DNA of 63,604 nt, counting the filler, from a bacterium (lineage in GTDB: Bacteria; JALSQH01): the NCBI GenBank assembly GCA_026985515.1. It is 10 parts of 10 records of this genome, joined end to end, with 100 filler letters (N's around TTAATTAATTAA, not from the genome) between each part and the next. Parts side by side here need not be neighbours in the genome. Positions count along the whole stretch, not along the records: positions 1 to 18,096 come from JALSQH010000198.1; positions 18,197 to 23,278 come from JALSQH010000199.1; 8 more parts are not named here. The stretch is one strand, 5' to 3'. The notes under the pieces were generated by a model. It had not been told where the DNA came from, searched no databases, and worked only from the letters and a program-made list of their open reading frames with translations. Shown here piece by piece: positions 9,639 to 19,940 of this stretch. The position numbers and the translations under genes were made by a program. How positions within the stretch are numbered: the stretch's first letter is position 1; each line of letters opens with the position of its first letter.

Positions 9639-11662
9639 TTTTCACTACCTCTCTTTTGTTTAGTGTTTCTTTCTACCAGATCCATTATTGCTAATAGATT
9701 TTGCTTCATTCTCTTCAATCTCCTGGAAACTTCTTCGGAGGTTAATGAAATGGTATCGAGATACTTCTCCATCTCATTTTTATTATAATATAAACTCCTG
9801 TTCCCTTCACCTATTTCCATGAGGTTTTCAATGATATGTTCCAGTCGTGTTTCATATCTTGCCCATTCTTCTTTGAAGAGATTTATGTTTTCCCGAAGCT
9901 TTGTGATGTCAGGTGTCAGTTCAGTTTCTTTTTCGTAGATAGACGCAATGAATTTTTCAATCTGGGAAATCCTTGTATTGAGCTCATCTATCCATTCAAG
10001 ATTGTCTGATGCAACAGGTTCAATAACAGAGTTTATCTTATTGAGCTGTGTGACAAGCTGGTCAAGAAGGGTATCTGTGTTTCTAATTTCTTCCGAAATT
10101 TCTTTTAAATTCGTGGTATTTTCGTTGAGTGATTTTTTTATTATGTCAACAAACTTTGTAATCATTCCAAGTTCCTTCATGAGTTCTTCCACAAGTCCGC
10201 TGTTGGCGTTGCTGAATTCTCTGCTTTCCCTTATTTTATTTTCCATCTCCTGTATAGCGGAGAAAACTACTTCAGAAAGCCCCTTTACTTCTTCTGCAAT
10301 GATTTCAAAGCTACGGCCTTCGATACTGGTCACCTGTGCAGATATAATTGATGCATTGAGGGAAAGAAGGTTTGTCTGATCGGTAAACTCCTCAATGTCT
10401 CCCATTTTTAGTTCTATTTCGTTAAGGGTGTTTCGGATAAAACTTCTGTTGTTTTCCATGCTGTTAATTATTTCCCGAATCCTTCCAATGGTTGACATGG
10501 TTTCATTTATTGAGTTTTCTATAACTTCTTCTTTTTCTCTTATGGCATTTACTAATGGGAGAATGCCCTGGCTTCTGTTTTTCACATTTTCAGTTATTTC
10601 TTCCAGTTTTCTTATCTCATCTTCCGCTCTTACAATGTTTTTTCTGAGCTGAACAAGGTTTTCATTCCACTTTTCTTTCTCCTTTTCTATTTGCAGATGC
10701 TGAGAAATTTCTTCACTTATGAGTTTGACGAAGACTTCCCATTTTTTTACAAACTCAGTAAGAAGGGTTGAAATATTTTTATTGAAATCCTCCCTGAAAG
10801 TCATTTTTCTGAGTTCATCAAGGAAATCTTTCATCACCTGGATCTGAAAGGTTATTCTTTCCAGATCGTTGAAGAATTTGTCCGGTTCAACCTCTGCGTT
10901 TTTAATGTTGTTGAGGGAGTTTTCCATTTTATCAACCAGATCTATTGACCTCTGAAGAGTAGAGGATAATTCTGAGAGATTCTCCTTCCAGAGAAGGGTC
11001 AGTTTTGATTCCAGATGGAAGATATCTGCAATTTCATCTTCTCGCATGCTATCGGGTTCAGGAAAGGAAAATTTTTCTCCTTTAAAAATGCTTATCAAAC
11101 CTTCTTTGAATCGAAGTAAAGGTGAGGAGATTAGAAAATGTGTCACAAGAGAAATAGAAGCAATTATAACCAGACCAATAAGAAACATTATGAGACTCAA
11201 CCTTATCCCATATGAGAACATACTCTGGTCAATCTTTGTCAGGTCTATCAATCCTTCAATATGGTAAGGTCCTTTATCTTTGATGATCAGTTTCATTATT
11301 CTGTTTCTCACGAGGAAAGTTTTACCTGGTGTTAATTCTTCAGCGGAGTATTTCATGTGAAGCTCATTAAATAACTGAGGAAAAGTTGAGGTTAATCTCT
11401 TTCCTCTTCTATCATAGATTGCAAAATTATATGTCGCCAGTGAATTTTCCATTGTAAATATTCGGGGAGGAAATTTACCGCTCTGGAGCTGTTTTGGAAT
11501 TGTGTTTATTACCGCTTCAGCTCCTGATGTTACACTTTCAATGACACTCTTCCTGTGATTGATGAGGAGGAATATTGTGAGGAAAAAGATTATGGTGTAA
11601 ATAATTATTCCATTTATCAGCAAAAGTTTTCTGTTTATTTTAAGTGACCAGAATCTTGTCAT
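9635..11662 (-). CDS. Divergent methyl-accepting chemotaxis-like protein
   Basis: Two TM segments, HAMP-like REDEIAD, degenerate tip QTNLLSLNASIISAQVTSIEGRSFEIIAEEV; ATG 11662 directly after the upstream stop. Confidence 0.75.
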   Translation of the reverse strand: MTRFWSLKINRKLLLINGIIIYTIIFFLTIFLLINHRKSVIESVTSGAEAVINTIPKQLQSGKFPPRIFTMENSLATYNFAIYDRRGKRLTSTFPQLFNELHMKYSAEELTPGKTFLVRNRIMKLIIKDKGPYHIEGLIDLTKIDQSMFSYGIRLSLIMFLIGLVIIASISLVTHFLISSPLLRFKEGLISIFKGEKFSFPEPDSMREDEIADIFHLESKLTLLWKENLSELSSTLQRSIDLVDKMENSLNNIKNAEVEPDKFFNDLERITFQIQVMKDFLDELRKMTFREDFNKNISTLLTEFVKKWEVFVKLISEEISQHLQIEKEKEKWNENLVQLRKNIVRAEDEIRKLEEITENVKNRSQGILPLVNAIREKEEVIENSINETMSTIGRIREIINSMENNRSFIRNTLNEIELKMGDIEEFTDQTNLLSLNASIISAQVTSIEGRSFEIIAEEVKGLSEVVFSAIQEMENKIRESREFSNANSGLVEELMKELGMITKFVDIIKKSLNENTTNLKEISEEIRNTDTLLDQLVTQLNKINSVIEPVASDNLEWIDELNTRISQIEKFIASIYEKETELTPDITKLRENINLFKEEWARYETRLEHIIENLMEIGEGNRSLYYNKNEMEKYLDTISLTSEEVSRRLKRMKQNLLAIMDLVERNTKQKRGSEK

Positions 11663-11663
11663 C

Positions 11664-13814
11664 TCACTCCTCTTCCTCAATTCGGAAGTACTTGACTATT
11701 TCATATAAACCTTCAATTTGCTCGTTGAGATTTTTAACCACCGACTCAAGGGAAGAGGCATTTAGCTGATTCTGCCTTGTTATCTCCTGTATTCTGTTCA
11801 TTGCGTCAAGTATATGTTCAACACCCTTTTGCTGTTCCTGAACACTCCTTGAAATAAAGTGCACCATTTGATTGATATTTTTCACTGCTTCCATAATCTG
11901 CCTGCTTCCCTGTGTTTGCTCCTTTGTGGAGATCTTTACCTTTCGTGCTATCTGCCTCATATCTTCAATGGCATGGAGAATTCTCTCTGATCCCGCTTCC
12001 TGATCCTTTGTGGCAATGGAGATTTTCCTTGCCATCTCAACTATTCTGTTTATGGATTCTGTCACTTGATGAGACCCATTTGCCTGATCAGTTGTTGATC
12101 TGCTTATTTCCTTCATCCTTTCGGTGGATAGCATGGCACTGTTTAAAATTTCTTCCAGCGCCTTTCCGGCTTCTTCAGATAGAGTTACACTTTTGTTTAC
12201 TTTCTCGTCACTTTTTTCCAGAGCTTCCTTTGCATAGGTACTTTCTTCCCTCAATGAATTGATGAGATCACCGACTTCTTTTGTTGAAAGAGATGTTCTT
12301 TCAACCAGCTCTTTTATTTCGTCGGCAATAACGGCAAAACTCTTTCCCTCTTCCCCTGCCTGTGCAGCGATTATTGCTGCGTTGAGTGCGAGAAGATTTG
12401 TTTGCTCTGCAATGTCATCTATTACGAGTAGGATGGATCCTATCTCCTCTGTTTTGGCATTCAATCTTTCTATGGCTTTTGCAACTTCTGAAAATGTCTG
12501 TTTTATTTCCCTTATACTGTCTCTGGTGTAGTCAACAGCCTCTTTTCCTCTGGTGGCATTTTCTGTAACCTTTTCTGATAACTGGAGGGTTTCATTTGTA
12601 TTCCTCTCAATCTCGGAGATGGATTTGTCTATCTGATTCATTGAGGCTGCGGTGTTTTCTGATGCTTTGAAGAGTTCTTCAATATGAGAAGCAACTTCCT
12701 TTATTGCAGCTGTCATTTGAGAAATCGAGGAACTCGTTTCTTCAATTGCAGAGGATAGGCTTTCCATGTTTCTGTCCACTTCTGCAATGGTGGCAGTTAA
12801 TTCTGTTATGGAAGAAGAGCTTTCCTCAGAGGAGGAGGAAAGAACATCGATCTTTTCTGTAATCTCCCTCATTGATGCATTTAATTCTTCGATGGAGGAA
12901 CCAGTCTCCTCAACTGCCTTGAACTGAGCTGTTGCACCGGAGTAAACCTCTTCTGCTGTATCCTGTACCTCGTCAGAAAGGGATGTTAATTTCTTTGTTA
13001 TGATCTGTATCTTTTTGATTACATTTTTAATGTCTGTGAGCATCTGATTGAATACTCCTGCAAGGAGACCGATTTCATCTTCTCTCTTAACTTCTGCCCG
13101 CTGAGTCAGATCTCCCGTGGAAACCCTTTTGGCAACAGCAGTTAATTCTGCAAGAGGGGAGATGGCATACTCTATATAGAGATAGAGAATCGTAATGGCA
13201 AGGAGCAGGGTAATAATTAGTATGATTAACCCAACTCTTTCAGTTTCTTTTATTTCCATGCTTATTCCAAAAGTGCTCATCCCCAGCCGCACAAATCCCT
13301 GAACACTTTCCTTTGGTGTAGTCACACTGTAGTTTTCTGTGGGAGCGGTGGTCTGGCCCCCAAAAAGAAACTCATCATTTATGGCTGTTTCAACCGGAAT
13401 AATGATTGGTGCCACAAAATCATAGAATTTTTCCTTCCCTATTTTGAAGGAGGTGATTTTGACCCCTGCTGATGGTGGAGACACATAGGGTATTTCTTCT
13501 TTGTATCTTTCATCCTTGTATTCTTCTGCAAGGACTTCTCCTTTTTCAGTCACTATCATCCCATAGACGACATCCGGGTTATCCATTACCCCTTCAAGGA
13601 GTTGTTTGAGGACAATCTTATTCCTTGCCTGAAAACCCACTTTGGAGTTTCTAGCGAGATCATATACGAGAGTTTTTCCTCTTTTTACAAGCTCCTGCTG
13701 GAGGATCTGCCTTGTTTGATGATAAAAATATACACTGAATGCAAGTCCAAAGATCACGAAGAGCAGGCTAATAAAAAATATAAGCCTTGTTTTCAGCGTC
13801 TTTCTATTCTTCAT
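11664..13814 (-). CDS. Methyl-accepting chemotaxis protein
   Basis: TM-periplasmic-TM-HAMP (REDEIGLLA), QTNLLALNAAIIAAQAGEEGKSFAVIADEI; start moved to MKNRK (13814). Confidence 0.95.
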   Translation of the reverse strand: MKNRKTLKTRLIFFISLLFVIFGLAFSVYFYHQTRQILQQELVKRGKTLVYDLARNSKVGFQARNKIVLKQLLEGVMDNPDVVYGMIVTEKGEVLAEEYKDERYKEEIPYVSPPSAGVKITSFKIGKEKFYDFVAPIIIPVETAINDEFLFGGQTTAPTENYSVTTPKESVQGFVRLGMSTFGISMEIKETERVGLIILIITLLLAITILYLYIEYAISPLAELTAVAKRVSTGDLTQRAEVKREDEIGLLAGVFNQMLTDIKNVIKKIQIITKKLTSLSDEVQDTAEEVYSGATAQFKAVEETGSSIEELNASMREITEKIDVLSSSSEESSSSITELTATIAEVDRNMESLSSAIEETSSSISQMTAAIKEVASHIEELFKASENTAASMNQIDKSISEIERNTNETLQLSEKVTENATRGKEAVDYTRDSIREIKQTFSEVAKAIERLNAKTEEIGSILLVIDDIAEQTNLLALNAAIIAAQAGEEGKSFAVIADEIKELVERTSLSTKEVGDLINSLREESTYAKEALEKSDEKVNKSVTLSEEAGKALEEILNSAMLSTERMKEISRSTTDQANGSHQVTESINRIVEMARKISIATKDQEAGSERILHAIEDMRQIARKVKISTKEQTQGSRQIMEAVKNINQMVHFISRSVQEQQKGVEHILDAMNRIQEITRQNQLNASSLESVVKNLNEQIEGLYEIVKYFRIEEEE

Positions 13815-14409
13815 TGCTGTCTCCACTCTTTTTCGATTTTTTCTTTTTATTCTTTCTTGAAGATTTTCTGGTTGACTTTGAATATTGCTTTTCCTGTTTA
13901 GAATCTTCGCTGTCTGGTTTATTGTTATCCATTTGAGTGTCTGATAGCATTTCATGAAATTTACTGAAATCCACCTGCTCCTTCTGGGAGAGAAGCTTTT
14001 CAAAATCAATGATAAAAATGATTTCTTCCCCTTTCTCTGCGACTCCAGATAAAAAATCAGCTTTGAAGGATTCTCCAAGCTGAGGGGGTGGTTTCAAGTT
14101 TTCGGCGGGTATCCGTAAAACTTCAATAACTTCATCAACTAAGAGACCCGCGATTCTTTTCAGAATCGTGGCAACAATTATTCTTGTTTTCTTGTCTGGT
14201 TCTCTTGGTTCCATGCCGAATTTCTTCCTCAGATCCACAATGGGAATTATTACTCCTCTCAGATTTATCACTCCCTCAATGAATGGTGGAGTCCCGGGTA
14301 TTTTGCTGATTTTATGGTAACGGGTTATCTCCTTCACTTTCATAATGTCTATTCCAAATTCCAGATCTCCCAATTTAAAAATGGCAAATTGCAGCTCCTT
14401 TTCATCCAT
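13804..14409 (-). CDS. cheW: CheW adaptor
   Basis: FGIDIMKVKEI, GVINLRGVIIPIVDLR, GLLVDEV. Confidence 0.93.
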   Translation of the reverse strand: MDEKELQFAIFKLGDLEFGIDIMKVKEITRYHKISKIPGTPPFIEGVINLRGVIIPIVDLRKKFGMEPREPDKKTRIIVATILKRIAGLLVDEVIEVLRIPAENLKPPPQLGESFKADFLSGVAEKGEEIIFIIDFEKLLSQKEQVDFSKFHEMLSDTQMDNNKPDSEDSKQEKQYSKSTRKSSRKNKKKKSKKSGDSNEE

Positions 14410-15082
14410 TTGCCTTCTCCTTCTTCAGTGAATACTCAATCTTTGTTATTTCATTTATATTGAGAATTCTGAGAAAGACCCCTTCATATCTTGCAATCCC
14501 GGAAACAAAAACCGATTCGTTTTCCTTCTGATTTACTGGTGGGGGTTCTATTTTATCTGCAGGTATTCTGAATACCTGGGTTACTTCATCCACCAGCAGG
14601 CCAATCTCTTCCTCACTGTTGTTGACAATAATGACTCTGGTTTTTCTGTCCATGTTTTTCTCTGGAAAACCAAGCTTTTTTCTCAACGAGATAAGGGTTA
14701 TAACTCTTCCTCGCAGATATATCACCCCTAAGACGTAATCTGGAGTAAGAGGAACATCGGTGATCTGAGGTACCTTGATTATTTCTGTTACATTTTCGAT
14801 GGAGAGACCATATTCATCCTCGTTTATCTTGATTCCAAGAAATTCGTTAAGATTGTGATCTATCTGGATTCTTTCCCTGAGAGCCCCCTGTCCCAGAAGG
14901 GTCTCTGCTGCGAGCTCAATAAGGGATTTTTCTTCCTGTTCTTCCTGTTTCTCAGCTTTTTCTACCTGTGGTTCTTCTGCAGGAGTCTCTACCCCTGTTT
15001 CAGGGATTTCCTTTTCTTTTCCCTCTTCCTTCTTTTCTTCCTTTTTCTTTTTCGCTTTCTTTCTTATTTCGGCAATATCCAC
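14402..15082 (-). CDS. cheW: CheW adaptor with charged N-terminal extension
   Basis: VLGVIYLRGRVITLISLR, GLLVDEV; GTG start. Confidence 0.9.
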   Translation of the reverse strand: MDIAEIRKKAKKKKEEKKEEGKEKEIPETGVETPAEEPQVEKAEKQEEQEEKSLIELAAETLLGQGALRERIQIDHNLNEFLGIKINEDEYGLSIENVTEIIKVPQITDVPLTPDYVLGVIYLRGRVITLISLRKKLGFPEKNMDRKTRVIIVNNSEEEIGLLVDEVTQVFRIPADKIEPPPVNQKENESVFVSGIARYEGVFLRILNINEITKIEYSLKKEKANG

Positions 15083-15088
15083 CTGTTA

Positions 15089-15925
15089 CTACCCTCCCAG
15101 TGAGTTGGTTTTCCATGCTCTACCAAGTCTGAGATCCTCAACCACATCCAGAATTGTGCTCTCTGTTACGGGATCCTCTTCTTTTCCAAAGCCAGCTAAC
15201 AGGGCATTGGAGGCAATGTTGTTTATCACTCTTGGCAATCCTTCAGAATAGTGATAGATCAATTCAACCGCTTTTTCGGTGAAGAGTGGCTCCTTTCTTC
15301 CAGCTTTTTCCACTCGAAACCTGATGTAATTCTTTGTTTCCTCAAAATCCAGTGGCCCCAGATGGTATCTCATTCCTATTCTCTGCACCAGAGGTTTGTA
15401 GGCCGGATGTTTCAATCTCCTGTTCAATTCTGGCTGAGCAACAAGCATCAGGCAGAGAAGATTTTCATCGTCAAGCTGGAAGTTTGTGAGTAGTCTGATC
15501 TCATCGAAGGTTGATTTTGAAGGTATCAGCTGTGCTTCGTCAATAATTATGACTGGAGTTACCCCGTTCTCGTAAAGTTCATAGAGCTTCTCATAGATAG
15601 CCTCGTTGAGGTCGCTTCTGCTTGAGGGGATTTTATCCACCTCAAGTCCCCTGGCAATTACTTTCAAAAAATGAGATGGAGAAAGTCGTGGATTTAGAAT
15701 AACGATGAATTTATACTTCTTCTCGTCAACACTGTCCATCAATTTTCTGGTGAGAGTCGTTTTGCCTGTTCCTATTTCCCCTGTCAGGAGAAATAGGTCT
15801 TTTTCTTCAAGAGCGTATTCCATTCTTGCCAGAGCTTCCCTGTGCTGTTTCCCCAGGTAGAGAAATTCCGGGTCAGGAGTTTTTGAAAATGGTTTTAATT
15901 TGAGGCCATAAAATTCTCTATACAT
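15089..15925 (-). CDS. ExeA/GspA-like AAA ATPase
   Basis: MYREFYGLKLKPFSKTPDPEF, Walker A GEIGTGKT, Walker B IIIDEAQ, GLPRVIN. Confidence 0.9.
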   Translation of the reverse strand: MYREFYGLKLKPFSKTPDPEFLYLGKQHREALARMEYALEEKDLFLLTGEIGTGKTTLTRKLMDSVDEKKYKFIVILNPRLSPSHFLKVIARGLEVDKIPSSRSDLNEAIYEKLYELYENGVTPVIIIDEAQLIPSKSTFDEIRLLTNFQLDDENLLCLMLVAQPELNRRLKHPAYKPLVQRIGMRYHLGPLDFEETKNYIRFRVEKAGRKEPLFTEKAVELIYHYSEGLPRVINNIASNALLAGFGKEEDPVTESTILDVVEDLRLGRAWKTNSLGG

Positions 15926-17918
15926 ACGCCTCAGCCTCTTCAATAAATGATGCCACATCTATTACCAGAACCACCCTTTGATCCCCGAGATCTGTGGCTC
16001 CCGCAATTGGTTTCAGATATGAAAGAGATTTCCCGAGGGGTTTTATGACAACATCCTGCTGACCTATGATCTGATCCACTAAGATCCCCCATTTTTTTTC
16101 CGCCAGTCCAACCACGATTATGAAATACTCCTGCTGATCTTCAGGACAATCTGTTAAATTGAAAATTTTTCCAGGTCTTATCACTGGAAGTGTTATGTCT
16201 CTCAATTCGATGACCTCTTTCTTTTCAACTGTTTTAATTTCGTCAGGTGTGATGACCACAGTTTCAAGTATGGAGTTCAGAGGAATTGCAAATATTTTAT
16301 GACAGAACTTGATGAGAAGAGCCTGAATTATTGCAAGGGTTATGGGGAGTGTAATAATAAAAGTTGTTCCTTTACCCTCTTCAGTTACAACATTTATCAT
16401 TCCGCTGAGTCTGGTTATGTTGTTTTTGACAACGTCCATTCCGACACCGCGTCCCGAAATTTCTGATACTTCCTCCTTCGTGGAAAAACCTGGTGTAAAA
16501 ATGAGGTTTATGATTTCCTCTCTGCTCAGCTCCTCATCCGGAGAGATGATGCCCTTTTCAATAGCTTTTTTCCTCACTTTTTCAACATCTATTCCCCTCC
16601 CATCATCTGAAATTTCTATGACAACATGGTTACCCTTTTGATATGCATTTATAATGATGGTCCCCTTCTCGGGTTTACCAGCAAGGAGTCTCTCCTCTTT
16701 TGACTCGATCCCGTGATCTATGGCGTTCCTGATAATGTGAATCAGAGGATCTGAGAGTTCTTCCACAATGAGTTTGTCAAGCTCTGTATCTGCTCCATAA
16801 ATCTCCAGATTAATCTCTTTCCCTGAATCCCTTGCCAGTTTGTTAACGATTCTGGCAAGGTTGTTGAAGATCATGCTGAGTGGGACCATTCTTATTTCGG
16901 TTATTCCATTCTGAAGTTCCCTTAACTTCCTCTCCAGGAGTTTTACATTTTTCTGAAGTTCAAGTACGTGGGGGGCCAGTTCTTTGTAATCTTTGAAAAC
17001 CTCGATACTCCTCTCAATAGCTGATTTTGAGAGACCCAGTTCCCCAACTAAACTCATTATGTAATCTAATTTTTCTATGTTGACGCGTACATAGTCACTT
17101 TTTCTGGTCAGGGAGGAAGCAATGTCATTCTTCTTCAGGGCTTTTTTTTTAGGTGGTTCTCTTTTCAGCTTCCCCAGCAATTCTATCTGAGCCTTTTCAT
17201 CTCCAATATGCGATTTTATTTTCTCCTCACTGGCGTCGGTTGCGACCACCATGTCGAATCTGAGTTCTCCCTCTGATGCAGGTTCTGAGCTAGGTAGGGT
17301 GGTTATAACTTCACCTATCTCTTTAAGGGAAGATGTAAGTTTTTCAAGTCTTACGTCAAATTCTTCAAGTGGAAACGAAGCTTTGACTCTGTATATGCCT
17401 TTTCCTTCTTCAAGATTTGCATTTATTCTGTGTTCTTCATATTCTGTAAGAACTGCCAGTATCTCCGGATCAATACCTGCTTCCTTTGCCAGGTTTTCAC
17501 TGGTGGTTTTCTTGTTTCTTTTAATGGCATCATCAATTTCTGAAATAAAGCTCTCCACTTCTGCTCTGTCAATTTCCTCTTTTCTGCTCAGTTTCTCTAA
17601 GATTTCGCTTAACTTCTGCCCCCCCTGAAAGAGTACATCAAAGACATCACTGTTATACTCTATCTTTCCAAGTCTCAAATTATCCAGCATGTTTTCAAGA
17701 GCGTGGCTTAGTTTTGAAAGATCCTCCAGTCCGAACATGCCAGCTGCACCTTTGAGAGAATGGGCAGCCCGGAAAATTTCGTTGAGTATATCCTGATCAA
17801 GGACCCCGGATGAGGAAAAACTTTCATCCATATCGAGAAGGCCTTCCTGGTAACGGCTTATCATTTCCCCCGCTTCAGCCACAAATTCCTTGAAGGCCTT
17901 TTCGGAGAATTCAGGCAT
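15918..17918 (-). CDS. cheA: Chemotaxis histidine kinase
   Basis: Hpt FRAAHSLKG, HIIRNAIDHG, DDGRGID, SGRGVGMDVV, C-terminal CheW-like domain. Confidence 0.96.
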   Translation of the reverse strand: MPEFSEKAFKEFVAEAGEMISRYQEGLLDMDESFSSSGVLDQDILNEIFRAAHSLKGAAGMFGLEDLSKLSHALENMLDNLRLGKIEYNSDVFDVLFQGGQKLSEILEKLSRKEEIDRAEVESFISEIDDAIKRNKKTTSENLAKEAGIDPEILAVLTEYEEHRINANLEEGKGIYRVKASFPLEEFDVRLEKLTSSLKEIGEVITTLPSSEPASEGELRFDMVVATDASEEKIKSHIGDEKAQIELLGKLKREPPKKKALKKNDIASSLTRKSDYVRVNIEKLDYIMSLVGELGLSKSAIERSIEVFKDYKELAPHVLELQKNVKLLERKLRELQNGITEIRMVPLSMIFNNLARIVNKLARDSGKEINLEIYGADTELDKLIVEELSDPLIHIIRNAIDHGIESKEERLLAGKPEKGTIIINAYQKGNHVVIEISDDGRGIDVEKVRKKAIEKGIISPDEELSREEIINLIFTPGFSTKEEVSEISGRGVGMDVVKNNITRLSGMINVVTEEGKGTTFIITLPITLAIIQALLIKFCHKIFAIPLNSILETVVITPDEIKTVEKKEVIELRDITLPVIRPGKIFNLTDCPEDQQEYFIIVVGLAEKKWGILVDQIIGQQDVVIKPLGKSLSYLKPIAGATDLGDQRVVLVIDVASFIEEAEAYV

Positions 17919-18096
17919 TACCACTCTCCACTAAAAATTTTCTAACAACTTCCTGCAGATCTTCCGGGTCAAAGGGTTTTACTATGTATGAGTCGGCACC
18001 CAGAGCGAGTCCCTTTTCTCTGTCCCTCTTGCTACCCTCAGTGGAAATTATAATCAGAGGAATATGCCTGTATAGCTGGTTGCCTTTAATGAATTT
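17911..18096 (-). CDS. CheY-like response regulator, C-terminal part (5'-partial; absent from ORF track)
   Basis: Own translation: ..RHIPLIIISTEGSKRDREKGLALGADSYIVKPFDPEDLQEVV..*. Confidence 0.85.
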   Translation of the reverse strand, partial: KFIKGNQLYRHIPLIIISTEGSKRDREKGLALGADSYIVKPFDPEDLQEVVRKFLVESGNA

Positions 18097-18196
18097 NNNN
18101 NNNNNNNNNNNNNNNNNNNNNNNNNNNNNNNNNNNNNNNNTTAATTAATTAANNNNNNNNNNNNNNNNNNNNNNNNNNNNNNNNNNNNNNNNNNNN
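18097..18196. other. Artificial contig linker
   Basis: 44 N + TTAATTAATTAA (six-frame stop) + 44 N. Confidence 0.98.
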
Positions 18197-18847
18197 TTTT
18201 CTCTTCTGTTCCAGTACTACATTTTCTCCCTCACCGGCTTCAGGAGCCTCTTTTTCTCACTTTTTTTTGTTTTGTTCCTGGCTATTGGGGTTAAATATGC
18301 TGGTAAGGGTTTTCACATTTTCCTCGCATATGTTTTGAACCTGTGGCTTCTTCTTGTGATTCTGGTTAACATGTTTCTGCCATCCAGGGGAATCCCGGTT
18401 GCTTCAACTGGTGTAAGGAGACCCTTTTTTCTACCTGCTCTTGTGGGAAATTATTACTGGGACTTTTTCAGTGAGCATACTCGGGATCATTTCAGCAGAA
18501 ATTTTCCCTTCAAGTTTTTCTTCGCTCCTGAATATGAAGAACCTATACCCTATGTGATAGGGGAAAAATTTTTCCACAGCAGGGTACATGCCAACGCAAA
18601 TTTCATTGCCGACACCTTTGCAAATACAGGTTATACAGGTGTGGTTGTTGTGTGGCTTATTTTTCTATTTCTGCTAAAATTTCTCGATGATTTCTCAACA
18701 GGAAAATCACTTTTACTCCTCACAGGGCTAACGGGTATGTCAGCTTTCAGTCTTACAAATTTGTCTCTAGTCACGGTGATGATGACGCATGGATTTCTGT
18801 TAGCAATTTTTTTGATACTTATTCACCCGGAGAGAAACGATGCATAA
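18197..18847 (+). CDS. Polytopic membrane protein, Wzy/O-antigen polymerase-like, 5'-partial
   Basis: Frame open from contig edge; multiple TMs, NANFIADTFANTG; abuts a glycosyltransferase. Confidence 0.55.
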   Translation, partial: FSLLFQYYIFSLTGFRSLFFSLFFVLFLAIGVKYAGKGFHIFLAYVLNLWLLLVILVNMFLPSRGIPVASTGVRRPFFLPALVGNYYWDFFSEHTRDHFSRNFPFKFFFAPEYEEPIPYVIGEKFFHSRVHANANFIADTFANTGYTGVVVVWLIFLFLLKFLDDFSTGKSLLLLTGLTGMSAFSLTNLSLVTVMMTHGFLLAIFLILIHPERNDA

Positions 18848-19940
18848 GGTGTGTCATATTTCCAGTGTTCATTCCACTTTTGACATAAGAATATTCAGAA
18901 AGGAATGCAGGAGTCTTGCCAGGGCAGGATATGATGTATCACTTGTTGTCCCTGCCGAGAGGGAGATTGTGGTTGATGGTGTGAGAATCATACCACTTGA
19001 GCCACCTGCTTCAAGATTTGAAAGGGTTACCCGCACAGATTTTGAAGCATTTCTGAAGGCTCTGAAAACAGGAGCAGAGCTATTTCACTGTCACGATCCT
19101 GAATTACTTTTAATATGCTATTTGCTTAAGCTTGCGGGGAAAAAAGTAATTTATGATGTTCACGAAGATGTGCCGAGGCAGATCTATTACAAGCGGTACA
19201 TTCCTGTAAAATTCAGACCACTGGTATCTTCCTCAATAGAAGTAATTGAATCCTTTTTTGCAAAGAAGTTTGACGCAATTGTAACTGCAACGGCTTTTAT
19301 AAAGGAGAGATTTCAGAAAATTACTGACAGGCCAGTTGTGGAGATAACCAATTATCCGCTGGTGAATGAGCTTTTTGAGCCAGTTCCGTGGAGCGAGAGG
19401 CGTCCCGAGATCTGCTATGTGGGTGGAATAACGAGAATAAGGGGAATAGTTGAGCTGGTGAAGAGTCTTGAAAAGGTTGACACTGTTCTGCATCTTGCAG
19501 GAAGGTTTGAAAGTGAGGAACTTTTCAGGGAGGTCTCTTCCCTGCCCGGGTGGAAAAAGGTACGATACTACGGGTTCGTCTCCCGTGAGAAGGTTAAAGA
19601 AATTTTAAGCAGAGTAAAGGTGGGAATGGTCGTCCTTCTGCCTGCTCCCAACCATATCAATTCTCAGCCAAACAAGATGTTTGAATATATGTCAGCCGGG
19701 ATTCCTGTAATAGGATCAAATTTTCCTCTATGGAAATCTGTTCTGGAAGATAACAGAGTTGGACTCTGCGTTAATCCTGAGGATCCAGATGAAATAGCAG
19801 AGGCGATAAATTTTCTTCTTACGAATGACGATGTGGCCAGAGAGATGGGAGAGAGAGCCAGAAGACTTATTATTGAGAAGTTTAACTGGGAAAAAGAGGA
19901 GAAGAAACTGCTTCAACTTTACAGAGAATTGCTTGATTAA
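18840..19940 (+). CDS. Glycosyltransferase family 4
   Basis: HCHDPEL, YDVHED, PNKMFEYMSAGIPVIGSNF. Confidence 0.9.
   Translation: MHKVCHISSVHSTFDIRIFRKECRSLARAGYDVSLVVPAEREIVVDGVRIIPLEPPASRFERVTRTDFEAFLKALKTGAELFHCHDPELLLICYLLKLAGKKVIYDVHEDVPRQIYYKRYIPVKFRPLVSSSIEVIESFFAKKFDAIVTATAFIKERFQKITDRPVVEITNYPLVNELFEPVPWSERRPEICYVGGITRIRGIVELVKSLEKVDTVLHLAGRFESEELFREVSSLPGWKKVRYYGFVSREKVKEILSRVKVGMVVLLPAPNHINSQPNKMFEYMSAGIPVIGSNFPLWKSVLEDNRVGLCVNPEDPDEIAEAINFLLTNDDVAREMGERARRLIIEKFNWEKEEKKLLQLYRELLD

Noticed and set aside
13815-14078. N-terminal extension of the 804-aa MCP ORF
   Set aside because: It overlaps cheW in another frame. The real start is most likely ATG 13814, just before TM1.
2663-17628. 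Many plus-strand ORFs opposite rimO and the che operon (and similar antisense ORFs elsewhere, e.g. 29915-30502, 62326-63063)
   Set aside because: Shadow frames of well-supported genes with no recognisable motifs.
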